Part shown: positions 15,432 to 22,259 of the stretch, piece after piece
Layout of the letters: each line of letters begins with the position of its first letter
How positions within the stretch are numbered: position 1 is the first letter of the stretch
NCBI RefSeq assembly: GCF_000025685.1
Contig: NC_013966.1
Span: 120,001-152,000, forward strand
DNA: 32,000 bases
Source: Haloferax volcanii DS2
GTDB taxonomy: Archaea > Halobacteriota > Halobacteria > Halobacteriales > Haloferacaceae
Reading direction: 5' to 3'
The notes under the pieces: generated by a model
What the model was told of the DNA's origin: nothing
What the model saw: the letters and a program-made list of their open reading frames with translations, nothing else
Databases searched by the model: none
Program-made: the position numbers and the translations under genes

Positions 15432-15617
15432 ATGAGTAGCTCACCATGGACTGCGAACTTCGCGACTGAAAAAAGCAAATGTGCAGCCGACGTCCAACGC
15501 CTCCTCGAGAAGTACCCGCAGCCGGTCGTCTACGAAGTCATGAGTGAACTGCTCCGCCGAGAGATGCGCGAGCAGTTTGCTGGTGCGTACGCTGCGTCCC
15601 AGCAGTCCGACGACTGA
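15432..15617 (+). CDS. Small hypothetical protein (61 aa)
   Basis: ATG-initiated ORF with acidic, helical-looking composition. It is convergent with the SWIM gene. I recognise no motif. Confidence 0.4.
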   Translation: MSSSPWTANFATEKSKCAADVQRLLEKYPQPVVYEVMSELLRREMREQFAGAYAASQQSDD

Positions 15618-15651
15618 CGAGTACTGGTGCGTACGAAACTCTCACCAACGA

Positions 15652-16059
15652 CTACTCAGACAGGTCACGCCGCCCAGCGTCAACGCAGTTCCAGCACGGG
15701 AGGTCCTCAGATAGCGGTTCACACTCACAGGGCAGGTCCGTTGTGCCATCATCGCCGCTCAATGAGCTACCACCGTCTGTGACGACGCGCATCTGGACCG
15801 CAAGTTCGAGTATTCGTGGGCGAATCGCGACCGCAACCCGGTGTTTACACGGATCGTCACCGCTCGCATCGGCGGGACACGAACACGACTCGGGCACGCC
15901 GTCCTGAATTCGAACGCGGTACTCGTGCACGTCCGGATCGGTATAGCTCTCGTTGCGTACACGGACATCGCCGTCGAGGAGTTCGAATGCAAACGCCTCG
16001 TACTGCGCTCGCTTGAGGACGCGCGTAGGTGGATCGAACTCTGGTAGTACTGGAGTCAT
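15652..16059 (-). CDS. SWIM zinc-finger protein
   Basis: CSCPADASGDDPCKHRVAV fits the SWIM CxCx(n)CxH signature, and the C-terminal CECEP...CWNC is a second Cys cluster. I prefer the ATG at 16059 (MTPVLPEF), because the ORF-track start at 16098 lies inside the conserved hairpin motif. Confidence 0.7.
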   Translation of the reverse strand: MTPVLPEFDPPTRVLKRAQYEAFAFELLDGDVRVRNESYTDPDVHEYRVRIQDGVPESCSCPADASGDDPCKHRVAVAIRPRILELAVQMRVVTDGGSSLSGDDGTTDLPCECEPLSEDLPCWNCVDAGRRDLSE

Positions 16060-16075
16060 GGTAGCCAGCGCGCAA

Positions 16076-16105
16076 TGCGCGCACCCCTTCGGGCGCATGA
16101 AAAAC
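16076..16105 (-). promoter_or_regulatory. T-run plus GC-hairpin motif, copy 2 (upstream of the SWIM gene)
   Basis: Minus strand: gtttttcatgcgcccgaaggggtgcgcgca. It lies 16 nt upstream of the ATG at 16059. Confidence 0.55.
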
Positions 16106-16232
16106 TACGCTGTCGAACGGAGTGACAGGTGACACAGAATCAGGTCGGATTCTTTGTGCTGTCCTGTCTTGATTGTCCTGCAGTCAATACAGGTGCGACA
16201 CCGACTAGGGGAGTTGCGACTGAAAGACGTAT

Positions 16233-16844
16233 TCAGAGTTGGCAGGGTCGCCCGAGTTCTTGTTCGTACTGCGATTTAATTTGCTCGAACAGGTCTTGGC
16301 CGAGTTCTGTCCGGAAGCGAGGCGCGGCGGTAGCAAAGAACTCGTCCAAGTTCTCGAACTCGGCAAAGTGGTCGTTCGTCTCGGCCTCGTCGTACCGACC
16401 TTGGCGCTCGTACTTGAGCGCCTGGAGACAATTATCGATCAGATCCATGTCCTTGACGAACTGTGCTGTCGGGGTGTCACGGGCTTCGTACTCTTCCCAG
16501 AGCGTCAGCAGTTCGGTGTCCGCGAACGGTCCGACGAGATCGGTTACTGCGCTCCGTTCAGCTGCTTCCTTTTCGGACGTGGGGATGGTCTGGCGTCCGT
16601 CTTCCGCGCGGGTTGCGATATCGCCCGTTCGAGCTTCGCCGAGGTCGTGAATGAGTGCCATCGTCACTGCTTTCTGAGGGTCAACGTCTTCCTGCTCGGC
16701 ATAGAGCAGACACAGCGACGCTGTCCCCCACGTGTGGGCCGCGACCGATTCAGGCGAGTCAATATTCCGAAGCACCCATCCCGTCCGAAGTTCGTCCTTC
16801 AACTCGAACCATTCGAGCAAGGAGTCGAGTTCGTTGGTCATCAT
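16233..16844 (-). CDS. HD-domain phosphohydrolase (YfbR-like 5'-deoxynucleotidase type)
   Basis: 203 aa with ESVAAHTW (His), ALIHDLGEARTGDI (HD) and VKDMDLID (Asp). This spacing is typical of HD_3/YfbR-like proteins. Confidence 0.85.
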   Translation of the reverse strand: MMTNELDSLLEWFELKDELRTGWVLRNIDSPESVAAHTWGTASLCLLYAEQEDVDPQKAVTMALIHDLGEARTGDIATRAEDGRQTIPTSEKEAAERSAVTDLVGPFADTELLTLWEEYEARDTPTAQFVKDMDLIDNCLQALKYERQGRYDEAETNDHFAEFENLDEFFATAAPRFRTELGQDLFEQIKSQYEQELGRPCQL

Positions 16845-17065
16845 ATCGTGGAGAAGGGAAGTGGCCAGTTCAACTCATCGAGACTACTCCACCGGGGCAC
16901 CGACATTCAATCAATAAATCCCCAGAAACGGTGTGCCGAGCAATTCACCGCTGGACCTGCGAAAACATCACCCTGTGAAAAGTTCTATATACCCTGTTAC
17001 AGACAAAGCTACGTCTGATAAAGAGGTTCAACAGAGCAGCGACAACGAACCACAGATAAGAGATT

Positions 17066-18013
17066 TCAGACCGCGTCGAGTGTTGAGAGAATCTCTTCGG
17101 CCGTCCCGCTAACCCGACCCAGTCGCTCTTGCAGCACGTCTGTCTCCTCGCCCTGCCACGCCGCGAGATAGAACGCCGACCCCCTCGTATCTAAGCCGAG
17201 GTATCGACCAACGACGTACGCAACGGCCTCCGCTTCGACCTCGCGTTTCGCCCGCTCGGTTGCGTCAGTAATGTCGAAATGCAAAATCGCGTGGGCGTAC
17301 TCGTGGATGATCGTCGATGCGAGGTCTGCGCGATTCGGCCGATCCTTCACTTCCACGAGTGGGGTGAGATCCTGGACACTCCGCGACTGGCAGACGCCCT
17401 TCGCCTCCCCATGTCGCCACTCGTCGGGATCGACGATCCGGATGGTCACACCGAGGTCCGACGCGATGTTAGTGAGATCCTCGACGATCGTATCAGGATC
17501 ACCGGTCGCCGCTGTATCCAGCTCCGGGAGTGGCTCGCCCTCAGTCTGCGAAATGTCGAAGACTGGTGCTGGCTTGAAGCCCACGAGGCCCTCTGACCAT
17601 TCCTCGGGTGGTGTCTCGTCGTACTCACACTCGCTGTTGTCGTGATAGCTCGGTGCGTTCCCACACTCGGGGCATTGGGTCGTGATGATCGGCGCCCAAA
17701 TCCAGATCGCCGACTCGCCTTCCTGGACGTGTCGGTCGAACTCTGCTTGCCACGTCCGGTAGCCAGCAACCTTCGTCGCCGCAGGACACTGGAGGGTGAT
17801 GAGGAGTGTGTTGCGGTGGGAGTAGTCGTGGAACTGGCTCTGGACGTCCAGCCACGCTTGGAACTGCTCGCTCGCCCGAGCGTCGTCGACGTCGTCAGCG
17901 AGGTCAGCAAGCCACTGTTCGATCGTGCGATGCATTTCATCGTGTCGCGTGTCGGTCTCGTCGAACGACACCGACGGAGAACTCGTTGTTGCCATTGGTT
18001 TCAGTTCTAACAC
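17066..18013 (-). CDS. ArdC-like protein: N-terminal ssDNA-binding (DUF1738-type) domain plus C-terminal HExxH metalloprotease domain
   Basis: FHDYSHRNTLLITLQCPAATKVAGYRTWQAEFDRHVQEGESAIWIWAPI matches the ArdC-N pattern (YS..N.lLI..Q.p.At.vaG...W). IIHEYAHAILH is a zinc-protease motif. A CPECG...SEC zinc ribbon is inserted between the domains. GTG at 18013; an alternative ATG lies at 17995. Confidence 0.8.
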   Translation of the reverse strand: MLELKPMATTSSPSVSFDETDTRHDEMHRTIEQWLADLADDVDDARASEQFQAWLDVQSQFHDYSHRNTLLITLQCPAATKVAGYRTWQAEFDRHVQEGESAIWIWAPIITTQCPECGNAPSYHDNSECEYDETPPEEWSEGLVGFKPAPVFDISQTEGEPLPELDTAATGDPDTIVEDLTNIASDLGVTIRIVDPDEWRHGEAKGVCQSRSVQDLTPLVEVKDRPNRADLASTIIHEYAHAILHFDITDATERAKREVEAEAVAYVVGRYLGLDTRGSAFYLAAWQGEETDVLQERLGRVSGTAEEILSTLDAV

Positions 18014-18025
18014 GTCTCTCTAGGA

Positions 18026-18057
18026 CGCGCCGCACCCCTCTGGGGCGCACAAAAAAC
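18026..18057 (-). promoter_or_regulatory. T-run plus GC-hairpin motif, copy 3 (upstream of the ArdC-like gene)
   Basis: Minus strand: gttttttgtgcgccccagaggggtgcggcgcg. It lies 11 nt downstream of the previous gene's stop (18069) and 12 nt upstream of the GTG at 18013. Confidence 0.55.
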
Positions 18058-18068
18058 AGCGGGGCGAA

Positions 18069-18416
18069 CTACTGGTCGGTGTCCTCGCACTCGAGGCTCC
18101 GAAGGTACTGTCGACACTCGCCGAACAGGCCGCTTGCAGTCGATTCACCGGTTGTGAGGTGGCGAACCCACTCAATCGCCCAGCAGTACACGGGATCGGA
18201 CTCACCTGTGCCGTGGATGTACCACCAGCGAGCGGCTTTGAGCACAACGAGCGGATTCGTCGGCGGTTGTTCACTCAGAAGGTCCCACGAAATCGACTCG
18301 ATTTCATCGGGAACGTCGGCTCGGGTGAACTCCGAACGATGCACGAGGTCGAGGTCGACCGGAACCTGATCGATTGACACGTCTGACTCTGTTTGTTGGT
18401 GACTCATGGAAATCAC
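18069..18416 (-). CDS. Hypothetical protein (about 112-115 aa)
   Basis: An ORF in the same orientation and spacing as its neighbours, preceded by motif copy 4. GTG at 18416 or ATG at 18407. No recognisable domain. Confidence 0.55.
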   Translation of the reverse strand: MISMSHQQTESDVSIDQVPVDLDLVHRSEFTRADVPDEIESISWDLLSEQPPTNPLVVLKAARWWYIHGTGESDPVYCWAIEWVRHLTTGESTASGLFGECRQYLRSLECEDTDQ

Positions 18417-18436
18417 GTCACACGGACTGTGTCTTC

Positions 18437-18468
18437 AGCCCGCACCCATCTCGGGCGCAAAAAATCAC
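18437..18468 (-). promoter_or_regulatory. T-run plus GC-hairpin motif, copy 4
   Basis: Minus strand: gtgattttttgcgcccgagatgggtgcgggct. It lies 20 nt upstream of the GTG at 18416. Confidence 0.55.
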
Positions 18469-18505
18469 GACGGCGCGCTAGTACCGACGGGACTCTCGAC
18501 CGAGG

Positions 18506-18901
18506 CTATGCGAGATGCGATACCTCCTCGGGTTCGGAGTCGTCAGCGAACTCGTTGCGCTCGACTGGCGTCCAGTCTTCAGTCGTGGTTGGTGCCCACC
18601 AATCGACGTGGTAGTCACCCGGAGCACCGAGAATCTTAACTTGTGCTTCGTCGTCGGGAAGTGGCCGGCGAAGTTTCTCGTCGACGTGGAGATTCCACGT
18701 CGTCGTCGCGTCGAATGTGATGATGACCGCCTCATCGTAGCCACGCGACTCAGGCGCCTCACGGCACGTCACGCTGGTATTGCACTCTGTGCAGAACACT
18801 CCCTCAAACGGAATGTGCGTGAACGCTTCCGTGCCACACACCGGACACCACAAAAACTCGAACAGCGCCTCGTCGTGGCGGCACACACGCTCAAGACTCA
18901 T
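18506..18901 (-). CDS. Zinc-ribbon protein, hypothetical (131 aa)
   Basis: CPVCG...CTEC four-Cys ribbon near the N-terminus and an acidic C-terminus. ATG start. Confidence 0.6.
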   Translation of the reverse strand: MSLERVCRHDEALFEFLWCPVCGTEAFTHIPFEGVFCTECNTSVTCREAPESRGYDEAVIITFDATTTWNLHVDEKLRRPLPDDEAQVKILGAPGDYHVDWWAPTTTEDWTPVERNEFADDSEPEEVSHLA

Positions 18902-18984
18902 CAGATGCTCACCACCTTAGCGAGCATCGTGGGCAAGTGGTGGGGAAAACGAGACAACTCAGCTGCCAGCGTTGGAATCGACAT
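18901..18984 (-). CDS. 27-codon upstream ORF overlapping the start of 18506..18901 (TGATG)
   Basis: Own translation: MSIPTLAAELSRFPHHLPTMLAKVVSI*. It begins 6 nt downstream of motif copy 5. Very short, so speculative. Confidence 0.25.
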   Translation of the reverse strand: MSIPTLAAELSRFPHHLPTMLAKVVSI

Positions 18985-18990
18985 CTGTTA

Positions 18991-19026
18991 CTGCGCCTCC
19001 GCCCCTTCGGGCGGCGCAAAAACAAC
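18991..19026 (-). promoter_or_regulatory. T-run plus GC-hairpin motif, copy 5 (head of the leftward block)
   Basis: Minus strand: gttgtttttgcgccgcccgaaggggcggaggcgcag. Confidence 0.55.
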
Positions 19027-19121
19027 GCCGTAGTGTAGACCTGCTGAACGCTCAATAGTGCTGAATGAGACACATCAGAGGGGTTGCGAGCTCGTGAATA
19101 CAATCGTGGAAGTGGGAGGGT

Positions 19122-19277
19122 GAGAGTACGTTTCGTCTGTCTGCCACACTACGCTGGAAGGTACAAGAGGACGATAGAGAGAGTACATTTCGTCTGTCTT
19201 CCTCTAGTGACTGAGGAGTAGTGCTCCGATTTTAGCCCGGTTCGATACTCTATGAGAAGACAGACGAGACAAACGAA
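19122..19277. repeat. Iteron-like repeats: two direct copies and one inverted copy
   Basis: gagagtacgtttcgtctgtctgcc (19122-19145) and gagagtacatttcgtctgtcttcc (19179-19202) are 57 bp apart. The inverted copy is gaagacagacgagacaaacg (19258-19277); its reverse complement shares tcgtctgtcttc. Confidence 0.6.
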
Positions 19278-19323
19278 ACAAGGTTTTATTACGTAAACAC
19301 TCACACAACATGTTATGTCGGGG

Positions 19324-20767
19324 CCATGCGTTCTAGTTTAGCAGAGAATGCGGTCGCTGTTTGTTGATTAGATATCGTCGCAACTACCCGGTTGAAGAAC
19401 CCGGTGGATGATGTGTACTCACCACCGGACTCGGTAGTTGTTGACCGGATTCAAAGAGCGTTTCCCTCCGATGAGTTGCGCGAGCGCGCTCGCGCAACGA
19501 ATCTCATCGAGCGTGAGCGCAAGTTCGACATCGTTGCGCTGTTTTACACACTCACGTTTGGCTTCGCTGCTGGCTCAGACCGCTCTTTGCAGGCGTTTCT
19601 CGACCGCTACGTCGAGATGGCTGACTGCGATGAGCTCTCCTACGCGGCGTTTCACGACTGGTTCGAACCGGGGTTCGTTGCACTCCTCCGAGAGATTCTC
19701 GATGACGCCATCGAGAATCTCGATACCGGACGAACCGACTTGAACGGACGTCTCGAACGATTTCGAGACGTCCTCATTGCCGACGCGACCATCGTTTCGA
19801 TGTACCAGGACGCCGCTGATGTCTACGCAGCAACTGGCAAGGATCAAGCTGAACTGAAGCTCCACCTCACAGAGTCACTCTCGACGGGCCTTCCAACGCG
19901 ATTCCGCACAACCGACGGAACAACTCACGAACGGAGTCAGCTACCCACCGGTGAGTGGGTAGCTGACGCCCTCATCTTGCTTGATTTAGGCTTCTACGAC
20001 TTCTGGTTGTTCGACCGAATCGACCAGAACGGCGGGTGGTTCGTCTCCCGGGTGAAGGACAACGCGAACTTCGAGATCGTCGAAGAACTGCGAACGTGGC
20101 GAGGCAACAGCATTCCGCTGGAAGGAGAGTCGCTGCAGGCCGTCCTTGAGGACCTGCAGCGACAGGAAATCGACGTCCGCATCACGCTTTCATTCGAGCG
20201 CAAACGAGGGTCGGGCGCCAGCGCGACCCGGTCGTTCCGATTGGTCGGCCTGCGTAACAAGGAGAGCGAAGAGTACCATCTGTATCTGACGAATCTGGCG
20301 AGAGAGGACTACAGCGCGCCCGATATCGCGCAGCTCTATCGGGCGCGCTGGGAGGTCGAACTGCTGTTCAAGGAGCTGAAGTCGCGGTTCGGCTTGGACG
20401 AGATCAAGACGACCGACGGCTACATCATCGAGGCGCTGATCATCATGGCCGCAATTTCGTTGATGATGAGTCGTGTAATCGTGGATGAGTTACGGTCGCT
20501 CGAGGCAAGACAGCGAGAGGGCGAAGCCGCCGCAGACGCCGACTCGTCGGCGTCGCGGCTCCCTCGGCGTCGCTGTTCGCTCGCCGTGGAACGCCACGGT
20601 CATCTGATCCAGTTGTATCTCATGATCGAGTTGGGCTACGAACTGCCGGATTTGGACGAGCTGTTGCTGTGGGCGTCACGAAATCCAAATCCACACAGAG
20701 ATCGGTTACGTGAGCAGGTTGAACGAGGTGAGTTCGGCTTTGATCGCTACTAAACTAGAACGCATGG
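19324..20767 (+). mobile_element. IS4-family insertion sequence (1444 bp)
   Basis: Perfect 18-bp terminal inverted repeats: ccatgcgttctagtttag (19324-19341) and ctaaactagaacgcatgg (20750-20767). One transposase ORF. No flanking direct repeat is visible (..gtcgggg / aactacg..). Confidence 0.85.
19392..20753 (+). CDS. IS4-family DDE transposase
   Basis: 453 aa. VLIADATIV (Asp1), LLDLGFYDF (Asp2) and YRARWEVELLFKELKS (the Y-x2-R-x3-E-x6-K signature of IS4). TTG start. Confidence 0.9.
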   Translation: MKNPVDDVYSPPDSVVVDRIQRAFPSDELRERARATNLIERERKFDIVALFYTLTFGFAAGSDRSLQAFLDRYVEMADCDELSYAAFHDWFEPGFVALLREILDDAIENLDTGRTDLNGRLERFRDVLIADATIVSMYQDAADVYAATGKDQAELKLHLTESLSTGLPTRFRTTDGTTHERSQLPTGEWVADALILLDLGFYDFWLFDRIDQNGGWFVSRVKDNANFEIVEELRTWRGNSIPLEGESLQAVLEDLQRQEIDVRITLSFERKRGSGASATRSFRLVGLRNKESEEYHLYLTNLAREDYSAPDIAQLYRARWEVELLFKELKSRFGLDEIKTTDGYIIEALIIMAAISLMMSRVIVDELRSLEARQREGEAAADADSSASRLPRRRCSLAVERHGHLIQLYLMIELGYELPDLDELLLWASRNPNPHRDRLREQVERGEFGFDRY

Positions 20768-20877
20768 AACTACGACCACTTGGCGAATCGACCCACGTTC
20801 CCGACGACGAGTTTTCCGGAAGGGGGGACGCTGGACGAGCAGAGCGAAAGGAAGGGTTCGGATCGTATCCTGATCGA

Positions 20878-21114
20878 ATGAGATCGATGCGGAGCGAATG
20901 TTCCTCGTGCTGTGCGTCGATTCCTGCGTACCGTACCAAGTGTCGGTTCTGCCTCTCAAATCATCTGGATGGGACCAGCGACGATAGTCGCACTCCGAAT
21001 ACAGAGGGGACGCGACTCCACGTCGTCCATCTGCTCGTCGAAACGTCGGCGACGTCGAAGCCGTCGCGTCGGGCCGTTTCAGTCGTCTTCGTCGGCTGTC
21101 GTCTCGGTCTCTAG
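20878..21114 (+). CDS. Small zinc-ribbon protein, possibly a remnant
   Basis: MRSMRSECSSCCASIPAYRTKCRFCLSNHL carries a CxxC...CxxC ribbon. The longer ORF-track version (20710-) starts inside the IS4 element. The 3' end overlaps the convergent ABC ATPase gene by 36 nt. Confidence 0.25.
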   Translation: MRSMRSECSSCCASIPAYRTKCRFCLSNHLDGTSDDSRTPNTEGTRLHVVHLLVETSATSKPSRRAVSVVFVGCRLGL

Positions 21115-22257
21115 GTCGGCTGAAACGGGGGACAGACCGTGGGCGAGTGCCTCGCCCGACGCCGTCTCAAAGAGGTGGACGTTCCCCCGGTCTATCACGA
21201 CTTCGACGTCCGTGTCTTCTCGAATCGTCGAGTCGGGGTCAACACTCATCAGCAGCTGGTCATCGGCTCTCGACTGGTCCATCGATGTACGGCGTTCGCC
21301 CAACAACATGTACGCGAATATCTCGTCGCCCATCGGTTCGAGAATATCGACACGCGTGGAGATGAGCGAAGAGGGGTCTTCCACTTCGACGCGCGTTCCG
21401 CCGGGATAGATATCTTCGGGACGAATCCCGACAGTCACCTCGTCGCCCACGTCCACAGCCTCGACAGACGCCGGATCGAACGCGAGCGAAAAGTACGCCG
21501 TCGAAAGCGAGTTTTCTGTGACCGTCGCCTCGGCGAAGTTCATCGACGGCGAGCCGATGAAGCCCGCGACGAACAGGTTCGCCGGCTCGTTGTAACAGAC
21601 GAGCGGCGGGTCGATCTGCTGGAGTTGTCCGGAGTCGAGGACGGCGATACGGTCCGAAAGCGTCATCGCTTCCTCTTGGTCGTGGGTGACGTAGATGATG
21701 GTCGTGTCCAGTTCCTTGTGCAGGCGTTGGAGTTCGGTCCGCATGTGGACCTTGAGCTTCGCGTCGAGGTTCGCCAGCGGCTCGTCCATGAGAAATACAT
21801 CGGGCTCACGGACGATGGCGCGGGCGATGGCGACGCGCTGTCGCTGCCCGCCGGACATCTCGTCGGGCATGCGTTCGAGCATGCCCTGCAACTGGACGAT
21901 TTCGGCGGCGCGCTCGACGCGGCGCTCGATTTCCTCCTTGGCGTAGTTGCGGAGGCGAAGCCCGAAAGAGATGTTGTCGTACACGTCCATGTGGGGAAAC
22001 AGCGCGATGTTCTGGAACACCATCGCCACCCCACGGTCCTTCGGTGGGAGGTTCGTTACCTTGCGGTCGCCGATGTGGATTTCGCCCTCACTCGGCTTCG
22101 TAAGTCCAGCGATGCTTTCCATCGTCGTCGACTTCCCACAACCCGACGGGCCGACAAAGCAGATGAATTCGCCGTGGTCGATGTCGAGGTTCATGTCATC
22201 TACCGCCGTTACGTCGTCGTAGTGCTTGCTTACGTGTTCGAGTCGTAGTCGTGCCAT
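21079..22257 (-). CDS. Sugar ABC transporter ATP-binding protein (MalK/UgpC-like)
   Basis: Walker A GPSGCGKST, signature LSGGQRQRVAIARA, Walker B VFLMDEPLANLD, plus a C-terminal MalK-type regulatory domain and an acidic tail. Confidence 0.9.
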   Translation of the reverse strand: MARLRLEHVSKHYDDVTAVDDMNLDIDHGEFICFVGPSGCGKSTTMESIAGLTKPSEGEIHIGDRKVTNLPPKDRGVAMVFQNIALFPHMDVYDNISFGLRLRNYAKEEIERRVERAAEIVQLQGMLERMPDEMSGGQRQRVAIARAIVREPDVFLMDEPLANLDAKLKVHMRTELQRLHKELDTTIIYVTHDQEEAMTLSDRIAVLDSGQLQQIDPPLVCYNEPANLFVAGFIGSPSMNFAEATVTENSLSTAYFSLAFDPASVEAVDVGDEVTVGIRPEDIYPGGTRVEVEDPSSLISTRVDILEPMGDEIFAYMLLGERRTSMDQSRADDQLLMSVDPDSTIREDTDVEVVIDRGNVHLFETASGEALAHGLSPVSADLETETTADEDD

Positions 22258-22259
22258 TG

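Noticed and set aside
16239-17018. 259-aa plus-strand ORF
   Set aside because: It is antisense to the HD-domain gene, has no motifs and shows typical shadow-ORF composition.
15074-19026. Hairpin motifs as integron attC-like cassette recombination sites
   Set aside because: The motifs are only ~30 nt, with short perfect GC stems and no R/L box architecture or extrahelical bases. The nearby integrase is an ordinary phage-type tyrosine recombinase and is not adjacent. A promoter/operator or terminator role fits better.
21139-22248. 369-aa plus-strand ORF
   Set aside because: It is antisense to a clear ABC ATPase with Walker A/B and signature motifs, and is Arg/Val-rich with no motifs.
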